A stretch of 45,461 bases of DNA from an archaeon (GCA_024276825.1 JAJRWI010000018.1:1-45461), one strand, 5' to 3'; counted from the stretch's first letter, positions 35,671 to 45,115 are shown. Notes: a model not told the origin generated them from the letters alone. A program made the numbers and translations.

Positions 35671-37584
35671 ATGCAATCTAGCAATCATCAAGAGTACGAG
35701 GACATACGTGAAATAATAAGACAAGCATTGCCAAAGTCAGCAGCAATAACAACAGTCGAGTATGAAGGTCCTGAGATCGCCATTTATGCAAAGGCCCCAA
35801 AGATCCTGCTTGATGATGATGACACTATCAAGGCATTAGCCAGAAAAATGAGAAAACGAATAGTGGTACGTTCAGCTCCAGAAATAAGACTGTCACATGA
35901 AGAGGCTGAAAAGTGTGTTAGAGAGCTTGTCCCAGCCGAAGCAGAGATATCATCCATAGATTTTGATGATTCGCGGGGAGAGGTGATTATTGAGGCACAA
36001 AAACCTGGGCTTGTCATCGGAAGAAGTGGTGCAACACTGAGGGAGATAACACGTCAGACATTTTGGAGACCAAGTGTGATAAGAACCCCGCCAATCGAGA
36101 GTATGCTAATTAAGCAGATAAGATACATCATTCAATCAGAATCTGCAAGAAGAAACAAGATCTTTCGAGAGATTGGTCAGAGGATTCATCGGCCCCCACT
36201 TGTTGATAATGGGTGGATCAGACTGACTGCATTTGGAGGGTTTAGAGAAGTAGGAAGGCAGTCCATGTTTCTTCAGACTTCAGAGAGCAATATCTTAATC
36301 GACTGTGGAGTCAACGTTGGTGCACCAAGCAAGGCATTTCCACGTCTTGATATGCCTGAGTTCAATATTGATGAACTCGATGCTGTTGTGGTTTCACATG
36401 CCCACCTTGACCACTCTGGGATGGTACCATTCTTGTTCAAGTACGGTTATCGTGGTCCTGTTTACATGACTGCGCCAACACTCAATCTATCCACTTTATT
36501 GCAACTGGACTATCTTGATGTAGCGGAGAGAGAGGGGAAGTTGAGGCCATACCGAGAGAAGGATGTCAAGGAGGCGATTCTTCACACTATCACGTTGAAC
36601 TATGGAGAGGTCACTGATATCGCTCCTGATGTCAGGCTTACATTACACAATGCAGGACATATCCTTGGTTCTGCCATCATTCACCTGCATATAGGTGATG
36701 GGGTGTACAATCTAGCCTATACTGGAGACTTCAAGTTTGGCAGAACACGACTTTTAGAGCCTGCAACATTCACATTTCCAAGACTTGAAACTCTAATTCT
36801 AGAGAGCACTTATGGTCATCCAACTGATAAGATGCCTCCAAGACAGGAGGTTGAAAAGAGGTTCGCTACCATCATTAAGCGTTCAATAGAGAGAGGCGGT
36901 AAAGTTTTGATTCCCGTTCTCGCAGTTGGAAGGGCTCAAGAGATGATGCTTGTCATCGAGGACCTTGTATCAAAAGGCAAGATACCTCGTGTACCAGTGT
37001 ATATTGAGGGAATGATCGCACAGGCAACTGCCATTCACACAACGCATCCAGAGGCCTTGAGCAGGAAGATTCGTGAGATGATATTTCATCAGGGTATCAA
37101 TCCATTCCTCAGCGACATATTTGTGCAGGTGGACCATCCCGAGAAGAGAGAAGAGATAGTTGAGGGCGAACCCTGTATCATCATGGCCACATCAGGTATG
37201 ATGGCGGGGGGGCCCAGCGTTGATTATTTCAGGCTTATGGCTCATGACGAGAAAAACACCCTGATATTCTGTTCCTACCAGGGAGAGAACACGTTGGGAA
37301 GAAGGATTCAGAAGGGCTGGAAAGAGATTCAGATGCGGAACAGAGATGGGCAGATGGTCGTTATTCCCGTTAACATGGAGGTCGCCACTGTTGAGGGCTT
37401 TTCAGGACACTCTGATAGAAAACAGATTCTTAATTTTGTAAAGAGAGTCAGTCCAGTTCCTGAAAGAATACTTGTGTGTCATGGTGAAGCATCAAAATGC
37501 CTTAACCTTGCATCAACAATTCATAAATCAATGAACATTGACACCAAGGCGTTGATGGTCACTGAAACTATCAAGCTGAAATGA
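35671..37584 (+). CDS. fttA: aCPSF1/FttA KH-MBL-beta-CASP ribonuclease, transcription termination factor
   Basis: Two KH domains (KPGLVIGRSG), GGFREVGRQ, SHAHLDH, AGHILGS, GFSGHSD; adjacent to psmB as is usual in archaea. Confidence 0.96.
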   Translation: MQSSNHQEYEDIREIIRQALPKSAAITTVEYEGPEIAIYAKAPKILLDDDDTIKALARKMRKRIVVRSAPEIRLSHEEAEKCVRELVPAEAEISSIDFDDSRGEVIIEAQKPGLVIGRSGATLREITRQTFWRPSVIRTPPIESMLIKQIRYIIQSESARRNKIFREIGQRIHRPPLVDNGWIRLTAFGGFREVGRQSMFLQTSESNILIDCGVNVGAPSKAFPRLDMPEFNIDELDAVVVSHAHLDHSGMVPFLFKYGYRGPVYMTAPTLNLSTLLQLDYLDVAEREGKLRPYREKDVKEAILHTITLNYGEVTDIAPDVRLTLHNAGHILGSAIIHLHIGDGVYNLAYTGDFKFGRTRLLEPATFTFPRLETLILESTYGHPTDKMPPRQEVEKRFATIIKRSIERGGKVLIPVLAVGRAQEMMLVIEDLVSKGKIPRVPVYIEGMIAQATAIHTTHPEALSRKIREMIFHQGINPFLSDIFVQVDHPEKREEIVEGEPCIIMATSGMMAGGPSVDYFRLMAHDEKNTLIFCSYQGENTLGRRIQKGWKEIQMRNRDGQMVVIPVNMEVATVEGFSGHSDRKQILNFVKRVSPVPERILVCHGEASKCLNLASTIHKSMNIDTKALMVTETIKLK

Positions 37585-37605
37585 GGGATTACTTCCTCTT
37601 CTCCC

Positions 37606-38004
37606 TTAGAACTTGACAAATGAGGGAGTCACAATTATGCACCCGTCATTCACTAGGGCTAATTCTGCATGATAACCGCGGGTTTCGCCGCGAATACGCT
37701 CGATAATTCTCTTCAGTTCGAGCTGGGCCTGTTCGTTTGATTTGTTCAATCTCGAGATGTCCAGCAGAACAATATTGCCCTCTTTGATCTGATTTACAAC
37801 ATAGGGAACATCTTCCAATGATTCTAGTTTCTTCGATCGAATGAAAATTGCTTCGAGTTCAGCAAGCCTCTTGCACTCGTGCATTGGATCAGTTGAACTT
37901 ATCCCCGCTGCTGGTGAGAAAATACCCAATTGTGGGCGAGTAGTGCTTGCTTCTTTTACATCACTAGTTTTCTGGTCCATTTTACGCCCCAATCTAAAGC
38001 GCAA
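37606..38004 (-). CDS. sepF: Cell division protein SepF
   Basis: GNIVLLDI...LKRIIERI...IIVTPSFVKF; GAGGTGA 6 nt before the TTG start. Confidence 0.85.
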   Translation of the reverse strand: MRFRLGRKMDQKTSDVKEASTTRPQLGIFSPAAGISSTDPMHECKRLAELEAIFIRSKKLESLEDVPYVVNQIKEGNIVLLDISRLNKSNEQAQLELKRIIERIRGETRGYHAELALVNDGCIIVTPSFVKF

Positions 38005-38110
38005 CGATGTTCACCTCATGTCACAATTATTCGTCAACTCAAAGCAGAAAAGACCTAGTATTATCCAGAAAACGTTTAATTCATTTACTCGGCATTGACG
38101 AGTGATACTT

Positions 38111-40759
38111 ATGTCAAAGGGTCAAGTCAGAACGCCAGTAGTTCTTCGTGAGAAGCTCAAAGCTCTTGGCAATAGATATGCAGCTGATATTCTGACAGTA
38201 TTGAGTCCGCAAACTGCCGATGTCGTGTCCACTTACAGTTGGGAAGAGATTGTTGATGGTATTCTGTCATTAATTGGAGTTTCTCGACCCATAGAAAAAG
38301 AGGAGGGTCTGCGCACACAGGCAGAGGCAGATTATGAGGGGCAGCGAAAGAAGTTGATCAGTGGGGGCACGCTTTACGAAACCATGAGTAAGCTGGTGAG
38401 CGCCGGGTTCGTTCTTGCTGTGGGGGAGAAGAAAAAGAAGAAGCGGTCATTCATGATTACGCGTGATGGCAGGCTTGCACTTGCGGCACTGCACATTCTT
38501 CATGAAATCACGGATGATGACACTGAGGTACAAAGGGCCGCTAAGACATTACTCAGGTTCAAGAACTTTATCCAATTGCTGCCAGCACAGGAGAAGTTCA
38601 TTCATGAAGTAGGGGATGTAAGAGAGAACTTGATGATTCAGATGCCACCAGGCTCAGGTAAGACGTTTCTTGCAATGATAGTCATTTTGATGGCACTGAA
38701 GAGGGGAGAGAGATGTATCTATCTCACACCGTATATCTCATTGAACAGGCAGATAATGGATGAGTATGAGAATCTGTTTCGGACGTTGGGGTACTCTGTT
38801 ATAAGGTTAGATGGAATGAGAAGGGTTAGTAAGGAGGAACTGAACCATGCAGACCTCATTATTGCAATTTTTGAGAACTTTTTGACATCAAAACTTCGGA
38901 ATGACAAGTGGACCAAAGATATCAGACTGGCAGTCATTGATGAAATTACCGAACTGAACTCATCAATTGATGAGGTGAGTGTATACAATCTTGGTAGTGA
39001 TAGGAGTACACGTCTTGATGTACTAATTTCATTATTGCGGCCCAACACGAGGATTATCACACTCTCATCCCGCTTTGGGCATACTGAAATGGTCAGTAAA
39101 TGGCTTGACGCGCGGATATTTCGGCCAGAGGCAAGAATCACGCCTGATGAGTATATTGTTGAAACTGAGAGGAAGCATGTCAGAATTTGCAGCAGTGATA
39201 ATAGTCATACAGTAATCATCGATGTTCAGGACCCGTTAGAAGCCGTGTTCAGGCACATAGAGAGCCCCGAGAAGAAGTCTGTTTTGATTGTTGTGGGAAC
39301 AAGAGTAAGAGCAGAGGGAATGGCACGGTACATGGCAGAAAATCATGCCAGACAGATTAACATGAAGTTGGTAAGAAACACAATTGAAACAAATGATGAC
39401 ACTCCAGCAGCTAATCGTCTGTTTGAAACATTAAGTAAGGGAGTTGCTTTCCATCACGCAGGACTTACCCCAGATGTCAGGGGGTCTCTTGAGAGATTGA
39501 TAAGACAACGTGTTGTAAGGACTGTAGTATCAACAACAGGAATCACAGCAGGCATCAGCTTCCCCCTTGACATAGTGATAATCCTAGTAGATGGTGCATT
39601 GATCAATAGAATCACGCGGTCAAAGTACCTTCAAATTGCAGGGCGAATTGGAGAGTATTATCTTGCAAGCCGTGGAGGAAGGGTGTATCTCATACTTGAG
39701 GAACCATCAGAGCGTTTTCCAAACACCAAGTCGCTTGCAAAAGTGCTGTTCAAGCAGCCATTACAGTCATTAAAGCCTGGAGATGTATATCCGCAATTGG
39801 CCATTAGTCTTCTCAACCGATGTCTGTCTAAAAGCAGATTTCATGATCCAACGAAGCTAAAGAGTGAGATAATGGATGTGATATCGAGGACTCTTAGAGG
39901 GACTTATGACAAGGAGTATATCAAGAGGGCAACACAGCAGATTTCTAAGTTGATAAAATGGTTGCAGAAGAAGGATGTTCTTCAGCCTGATGGAAAGGGG
40001 CTTTATCTGTCAAAGGACGCAAGGATTGCGGTCAAAGTCGACATCAATCTGATTGAATACATAGAGAGTCGCGATGTCATTCATGAGTTACAAGAGAGTT
40101 CAAGTGATGACGACCTGATATATCTTGTATTAAAGTTCAGTCAGCCGCAATCAATTAGGCCCAGAACAACTCTCCCATCGCAGTTTGAAATCGAGTTGAT
40201 GGGAGTTGATGGACCAAGTGACAGATATGTCAACATGGTTGGTGTCCGAAATAGGATAAAGTATCAGGTATTGTTGGACTGGATCAATGAAAGGCCCATT
40301 AAGGACATCATTGCTATGGTACATAATCAGGTGCCAAATGTAGCCATTGATGAGAGAGACCTCAGAATGTTTGTTGACTTCTGCAGCGACATAATTCAGA
40401 AAGTATCACTCTATTATCTTGCTTTGAAGGAGGAAGCCTTGTCTGAGAGACTTGAAAGATTCAGCAATCGGCTGAAGTATGGTGTGAAAGAGGACCTTGC
40501 AAACACGGATTTGTTTAATCTAAGAGTCCCCAGTGCCTTTAGGGAAGGAGCAAGAATTCTGTCGCGCGAGGAGGCCCGAATACTTGCAGATCATGGATAT
40601 AGGACAATAGAAGAGATTGTACGCAGGGATATCGACCACACGAAACCCGGAACTGCCAGAACACGCTTTGCAAAGAATTGCGGTCTTGATAATAACTTTG
40701 CAAAGAGTGTTTATCGAAGTGCTATTGAATATTATCGGTCACGTAGAGAGATTGACTAG
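38111..40759 (+). CDS. Divergent Hel308/Ski2-like SF2 helicase with an N-terminal winged-helix domain
   Basis: Q-motif LLPAQ, PPGSGKT, IDEIT, GVAFHHAGL, STTGITAGISFP, QIAGRIG; N-terminal ~140 aa wHTH-like. Confidence 0.85.
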   Translation: MSKGQVRTPVVLREKLKALGNRYAADILTVLSPQTADVVSTYSWEEIVDGILSLIGVSRPIEKEEGLRTQAEADYEGQRKKLISGGTLYETMSKLVSAGFVLAVGEKKKKKRSFMITRDGRLALAALHILHEITDDDTEVQRAAKTLLRFKNFIQLLPAQEKFIHEVGDVRENLMIQMPPGSGKTFLAMIVILMALKRGERCIYLTPYISLNRQIMDEYENLFRTLGYSVIRLDGMRRVSKEELNHADLIIAIFENFLTSKLRNDKWTKDIRLAVIDEITELNSSIDEVSVYNLGSDRSTRLDVLISLLRPNTRIITLSSRFGHTEMVSKWLDARIFRPEARITPDEYIVETERKHVRICSSDNSHTVIIDVQDPLEAVFRHIESPEKKSVLIVVGTRVRAEGMARYMAENHARQINMKLVRNTIETNDDTPAANRLFETLSKGVAFHHAGLTPDVRGSLERLIRQRVVRTVVSTTGITAGISFPLDIVIILVDGALINRITRSKYLQIAGRIGEYYLASRGGRVYLILEEPSERFPNTKSLAKVLFKQPLQSLKPGDVYPQLAISLLNRCLSKSRFHDPTKLKSEIMDVISRTLRGTYDKEYIKRATQQISKLIKWLQKKDVLQPDGKGLYLSKDARIAVKVDINLIEYIESRDVIHELQESSSDDDLIYLVLKFSQPQSIRPRTTLPSQFEIELMGVDGPSDRYVNMVGVRNRIKYQVLLDWINERPIKDIIAMVHNQVPNVAIDERDLRMFVDFCSDIIQKVSLYYLALKEEALSERLERFSNRLKYGVKEDLANTDLFNLRVPSAFREGARILSREEARILADHGYRTIEEIVRRDIDHTKPGTARTRFAKNCGLDNNFAKSVYRSAIEYYRSRREID

Positions 40760-41262
40760 TGGCGTGTAAAGTTCCATAAATCATCATTTATGTGATGCTT
40801 GGTCAGGATGACCTTGCCCTTGCTCAGGGACTGCATCTCATTAGCATCAAATAATGAGATGCCGACCGCAAGCGGTTTTGAGTGGCGCTCATCAATGACC
40901 GCCACTATTCGGTCCTTCTGAACATTGTCATCAATTCTGGTCACTCCTGGGCGCATTATGTCAGCACCATTCACAACATATTTGACCGCACCCATGTCCA
41001 CTGTGACGCTGGGTATCTTGACATAGTTGTTCAACAGAGCATGCAATGTGGGAAAGAATCTGCCTTCGGTTTCAAAGAACAGAATCTTATCGCCGATTAT
41101 CAGAATCTGTGTGCCATCATCAAGTATTCCAGATTCTATCTTCTCTTTCAGGTCCAAGTTGGCAAGCACGCCTAGTTCAGACTCGATCTGTGAGAGAATA
41201 CGGCGTTGCTCTTTCTTTTTCAAAAGATGTCTTTTCTTAATTCGTTCAATCTTTGGCATCAT
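40756..41262 (-). CDS. PUA-domain RNA-binding protein (DUF1947 / MCT-1/Tma20-like)
   Basis: FPTL, VTVDMGAVKYVVNGADIMRPG, KGK, HHIND.LW. Confidence 0.92.
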   Translation of the reverse strand: MMPKIERIKKRHLLKKKEQRRILSQIESELGVLANLDLKEKIESGILDDGTQILIIGDKILFFETEGRFFPTLHALLNNYVKIPSVTVDMGAVKYVVNGADIMRPGVTRIDDNVQKDRIVAVIDERHSKPLAVGISLFDANEMQSLSKGKVILTKHHINDDLWNFTRH

Positions 41263-41413
41263 ATGATTGATTTATAACTCCCTTTTGAATAATACGGCAT
41301 CAACAAGTGAGCTTAAGGTGTAACATCGTCATCTTTTTAAGCCAAGGCCAAGGACATGCCAGTATAACATAAGCAATTAGCTTGTGTTTGACCTTCTCTG
41401 TTGGTGAATTGAA

Positions 41414-41677
41414 CTGAACGCAGGTAAACCTATGGAGATCCTTCAGAAATCATTGGGTTCCCAAGTATTAGTCGAGTTGAAGGGTCGGAGAAAGATAAAG
41501 GGAAAACTGCAAGGCTACGATCAGCACCTGAATCTCTTACTGGTCGATGCTGATGAGATTGCTATTGACCCCGAAACAGAGGAGGAAATAGTCACACAGA
41601 TTCACACTGTGATTGTGAGAGGCGACAATGTGGTGATAGTGTCACCCCCACCGAAAAGGACCAAGAAAAAGGAGTAG
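41414..41677 (+). CDS. Sm-like archaeal protein (SmAP/Lsm)
   Basis: KPMEIL...VLVELKG, GKLQGYDQHLNLLL, VRGDNVVIVSP; upstream of rpl37e. Start CTG 41414 or ATG 41432. Confidence 0.95.
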   Translation: MNAGKPMEILQKSLGSQVLVELKGRRKIKGKLQGYDQHLNLLLVDADEIAIDPETEEEIVTQIHTVIVRGDNVVIVSPPPKRTKKKE

Positions 41678-41683
41678 ACATTA

Positions 41684-41872
41684 ATGGGAAAGGGCACACC
41701 CTCAAAGGGCAAGAAGAACAACCCACATCACATCAGATGCAGAAGATGCGGCAGGAGATCATACCATGTAAGGCACAAGAAGTGCGCCGCCTGTGGTTTC
41801 GGTGCGTCCTCCCGTCTCAGATCTTACAACTGGGCCCACAAGAAAGTCCATGGCGTAAGAGTTCGTGCTTGA
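41684..41872 (+). CDS. rpl37e: 50S ribosomal protein eL37
   Basis: MGKGTPS, CRRCG, CAACGFG, RSYNW. Confidence 0.97.
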   Translation: MGKGTPSKGKKNNPHHIRCRRCGRRSYHVRHKKCAACGFGASSRLRSYNWAHKKVHGVRVRA

Positions 41873-41950
41873 TTGATCCACCATGGGAATTCACTGGTTC
41901 GCATCCATAATTCTTTTAACCCGATGATTTTCGTTATTAAAATCAGACAT

Positions 41951-42026
41951 GGGCCGGTAGATCAGTCGGTAGATCGCCACCTTGGCATGGTGGAGGTCGC
42001 GAGTTCGAATCTCGCCCGGTCCACCA
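41951..42026 (+). tRNA. tRNA-Ala(GGC), encoded CCA
   Basis: Acceptor GGGCCGG/CCGGTCC with G3-U70; anticodon arm CCACC-TTGGCAT-GGTGG; T-arm GCGAG-TTCGAAT-CTCGC. Confidence 0.97.
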
Positions 42027-42101
42027 ATCTGATTTTTGTGGACGACTATTGGCCAAGAAATCATGCAATTCACTTATTATGCATAGAGCAATAGGGCACA
42101 T

Positions 42102-43175
42102 ATGAGCCGAAGATCACTCGGAGCTTTTCTCGCTGCCATCATAACAATCTCAACCGCAAGTGTCATTGTTCTTATGAGTGCCGTGCCAAAGAGAGATGGG
42201 CTTGACATGGTCCGACTTTGGGCATATCAGATTCAGAACATTGAGGCAGATGATGCAGTGGATGCACTGATTGATTCAAAGTATGACCTTCTAGTGATTG
42301 AGCCAACAAGGAGTAGCAGAGAGCTCGCCGACTTTGACATGCATTCAGTAGTAGACAGGCTGCATAGGTCAACGGGTACAAATGTCGCATCGAAGATTGT
42401 GATTGCATATGTGGACATAGGACAAGCAGAGGACTGGCGATGGTATTGGGAGGACAATTGGACTGCTCCCACAGAGGCCAGCAGAGGAAGCCCGGACTTC
42501 TTGATTGCACTCGATCCGGATGGTTGGAGCGGGAACTATCCTGTTGCATTCTGGGACCAACATTGGAAGGAGATCATTCTGTATTCGGAAGGCAGTAGTA
42601 TTCAGCAAATCATTGATGATGGCTTCGACGGGATATATATGGACTGGATTGGCGGTTTCAATTACAAGCCTGTCGTCAATGCAGCAGAGTCTGAAGGACT
42701 GGACGCACAACAAGAGATGATTGATTTCATCACAGAGATCAGAGAATACTGCCAGAAACAGAATCCCGATTTCATTCTCATCGCTCAAAACGCCCTTGAC
42801 ATCTGCGAGAATCACTCCGAGTATTTTGACATCATTGACGGAGTGGCTCAAGAACATGTGTTGTTTGATGGGGCTGCAGATGCTGAGTGGGGTGATTCCG
42901 CTGGTGGAGATATGCGTGTGCCAGAAAGTGATACTGAATGGTATGTAGAGATGTTAGACGAGTATCTTAATCGCGGAAAGGTGGTCTTCACTGTGGATTA
43001 TGCCTTGAGAGAAGAGAACATCGCAGAGGCATATTCATTTGCACAAGAGCATGGATACATAGAGTTTGTAAGTCATATCTCGTTGTCGCAACTGCCAGCG
43101 TTCATTCAACCAGATTATTCAGTGTTGCCCATATATGCGACTTGCACATATCCGAGAGAGGATGAAACCTGTTGA
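42102..43175 (+). CDS. Membrane-anchored GH114-like (MJ1477/TM1410) endo-alpha-1,4-polygalactosaminidase-type hydrolase
   Basis: N-terminal TM; WAYQIQ, AYVDIGQAEDWRWYW, GFDGIYMD, IAQNA, GVAQE, VFTVDY. Confidence 0.85.
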   Translation: MSRRSLGAFLAAIITISTASVIVLMSAVPKRDGLDMVRLWAYQIQNIEADDAVDALIDSKYDLLVIEPTRSSRELADFDMHSVVDRLHRSTGTNVASKIVIAYVDIGQAEDWRWYWEDNWTAPTEASRGSPDFLIALDPDGWSGNYPVAFWDQHWKEIILYSEGSSIQQIIDDGFDGIYMDWIGGFNYKPVVNAAESEGLDAQQEMIDFITEIREYCQKQNPDFILIAQNALDICENHSEYFDIIDGVAQEHVLFDGAADAEWGDSAGGDMRVPESDTEWYVEMLDEYLNRGKVVFTVDYALREENIAEAYSFAQEHGYIEFVSHISLSQLPAFIQPDYSVLPIYATCTYPREDETC

Positions 43176-43747
43176 AGCGAGATAATATTCGATCAGATGT
43201 GGAGTGGCAATCGATAAGACTGAATCCAATTGATGCAGGACTCGTCCTGGATGTTGGTGGGGGAAGTGAGGGACTGGTTTCGCGTATTGCAGGAGACCGC
43301 GTTTGCGCTGTGGACATCAAGTTCTCCAAGGTCGTTGAGGCGAGGATATACGAGCCTGGTTCAAATTGGTTTGTCAGTGATGCGCAATATTTGCCATTTG
43401 GGGACAATCTGTTCGACATGGCGACGTTCTGGTTCTCACTCATGTTTATGAGAGAGGACTCCATAAAGAAGAGGGCATTTCAAGAGGCATTTCGTGTGTT
43501 ACAAGAGGGAGGACTGCTTCACATCATGGCGAGTACTATAGACAGAAATGAAGACCCGTTTTTCTTCAGGGCAGTATTTACGTTGCCTGATGAAACCCTT
43601 TCAAAGATAGGATATGGAGTTCGTGGAGGTCAAGAACAGACATTGGAACATATAGCCAAGCTCGTGAGCGATGTCGGCTTTGATATTGACTCGACCCGGA
43701 ACCATGGTTCTTGGTTCATCATAAAGGCCAAGCATCCAGTTCAATAA
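43172..43747 (+). CDS. Class I SAM-dependent methyltransferase
   Basis: VLDVGGG, AVDI, DAQYLPFGDNLFD, EAFRVLQEGG; 4-nt overlap with the GH114 gene. Confidence 0.88.
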   Translation: MKRDNIRSDVEWQSIRLNPIDAGLVLDVGGGSEGLVSRIAGDRVCAVDIKFSKVVEARIYEPGSNWFVSDAQYLPFGDNLFDMATFWFSLMFMREDSIKKRAFQEAFRVLQEGGLLHIMASTIDRNEDPFFFRAVFTLPDETLSKIGYGVRGGQEQTLEHIAKLVSDVGFDIDSTRNHGSWFIIKAKHPVQ

Positions 43748-43811
43748 TTGGTTTTCCAAAACCTTAAAGTAGATACTGAATTGTTGACGAGATGATTAAA
43801 GACATAGGTAG

Positions 43812-44336
43812 ATGGTCATGAGCCTAGCAGTTTGGTGGCGGCGTGGAAGTAAGCCCGCGCTTATTGTCATATTCATTGGTATCGCGGGACTTGTTCAAGT
43901 CCCAATCCTCTGGCATGCACAGAGCTACATTCAGGTCCTCAGTGCAGACCTGCAGCTGATAGTTGCCATTGGAGCAATGGCTGTTCTTGCAGGAGCCTAC
44001 GTGATCATGGCAGAAGCAATGTATCGCTGGGCTCATATTGTTGCCAAGAGAAAAGTACGTAGAAGACAGAGGGCTAAGACCAATTGGATGACCAGACTGT
44101 CGAACTTTGCAAGAATGACTGAGGACATGCCCGCATTCGCTGGAGTAGCCCTTCTCACATGCGTGTTTTTCATGTTCTATTTCTTGCCATTCGGAATCGC
44201 AGACTATGTCCAACTACCATCATGGCTCGCCACATTTGCATTCTTTGACTCGCTCTTTGTATACCCACTTGCTGTGAATGTCGCAGCCACTCTCACCGCT
44301 ATTGTGGCAAGCTACATGAATCATAAGATCCGTTAA
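43812..44336 (+). CDS. Hypothetical membrane protein (~4 TM)
   Basis: 174 aa, four hydrophobic segments and a basic cytoplasmic loop; AGGT upstream. Confidence 0.7.
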   Translation: MVMSLAVWWRRGSKPALIVIFIGIAGLVQVPILWHAQSYIQVLSADLQLIVAIGAMAVLAGAYVIMAEAMYRWAHIVAKRKVRRRQRAKTNWMTRLSNFARMTEDMPAFAGVALLTCVFFMFYFLPFGIADYVQLPSWLATFAFFDSLFVYPLAVNVAATLTAIVASYMNHKIR

Positions 44337-44438
44337 GTCCACAATCAGACAATTCTCCCCAGAATCATTCAAACCGCCATAAGAGGTCTTGCAGAACTAT
44401 TATATCATTTAGGGCGCATATATCATTGAGGTTATTCT

Positions 44439-44618
44439 ATGTGGTGGGTAGTCTTTAGTCTGATATTTGTTGCCTGCTTAATCTTCATGGCAGCACCGAA
44501 TACACGAGGTCGCGGTAGATGGAGTCCTGTAAAGACCACTGAAGAACTCGAAGAGGAAGCGGAGCAGGATCAGTACTTGGACAAGCAGGTTCAGAGATAC
44601 GGCTACAAGCGTTGGTAG
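44439..44618 (+). CDS. Small single-TM protein, 59 aa (not in the ORF track)
   Basis: MWWVVFSLIFVACLIFMAAPNTRGRGRWSPVKTTEELEEEAEQDQYLDKQVQRYGYKRW; GAGGT RBS 6 nt upstream. Confidence 0.65.
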   Translation: MWWVVFSLIFVACLIFMAAPNTRGRGRWSPVKTTEELEEEAEQDQYLDKQVQRYGYKRW

Positions 44619-44671
44619 AGTCATGCGCTATCTTTGCAGAGTGTTCTATTTTTTCCACTGACAACCTGAAC

Positions 44672-44911
44672 TTATTCAAACTTGTCGCATGATGAATTCG
44701 TCTGAACAAGGACCATGCGTTCAGCCCTTCCCCTGCAAGTGTCACCACCCACCAGAGAAACTCCAGTGTTTGCAGGGGCTTTTTCTACACTAGTGCAGAA
44801 CTGGCCTCTTTTCCCCTGTGTTGTCCCGGTCACATCATCTCTGGATGCAGAAGTAATCCTTGCGCTCCCATCTTCTGAGAGTGGAGGGAATACTCCAAGT
44901 TTCTTCGCCAT
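44672..44911 (-). CDS. Hypothetical 79-aa protein with three C-terminal cysteines
   Basis: ATG start after AT-rich promoter-like DNA; fills an otherwise empty interval; ends ...C...C...CDKFE. Confidence 0.45.
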   Translation of the reverse strand: MAKKLGVFPPLSEDGSARITSASRDDVTGTTQGKRGQFCTSVEKAPANTGVSLVGGDTCRGRAERMVLVQTNSSCDKFE

Positions 44912-45038
44912 GATTTCAATTCTGTTTACATGACAAGTCTGAATAACTTTTTGAGAAATTAGCTATATGTTCCACTATCTTTATATTTCTATCAACAGGA
45001 AACAACTTCGTTGTGCTCTTCATCTGCATGACCAACAT

Positions 45039-45115
45039 GCCGCGGTAGATTAGCCCGGGAGATCGCACGGCTGAAGACCGTGTTGTCGCGTGTTCAAATC
45101 ACGCCCGCGGCACCA
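45039..45115 (+). tRNA. tRNA-Phe(GAA), encoded CCA
   Basis: Acceptor GCCGCGG/CCGCGGC; anticodon arm CACGG-CTGAAGA-CCGTG; T-arm GCGTG-TTCAAAT-CACGC. Confidence 0.97.

Noticed and set aside
41873-42094. ORFs 41873..42094 and 41891..42073
   Set aside because: They overlap tRNA-Ala.
44485-44933. ORFs 44485..44748 (-) and 44715..44933 (+)
   Set aside because: They conflict with the better-supported 44439..44618 and 44672..44911 ORFs and show no RBS or motif.
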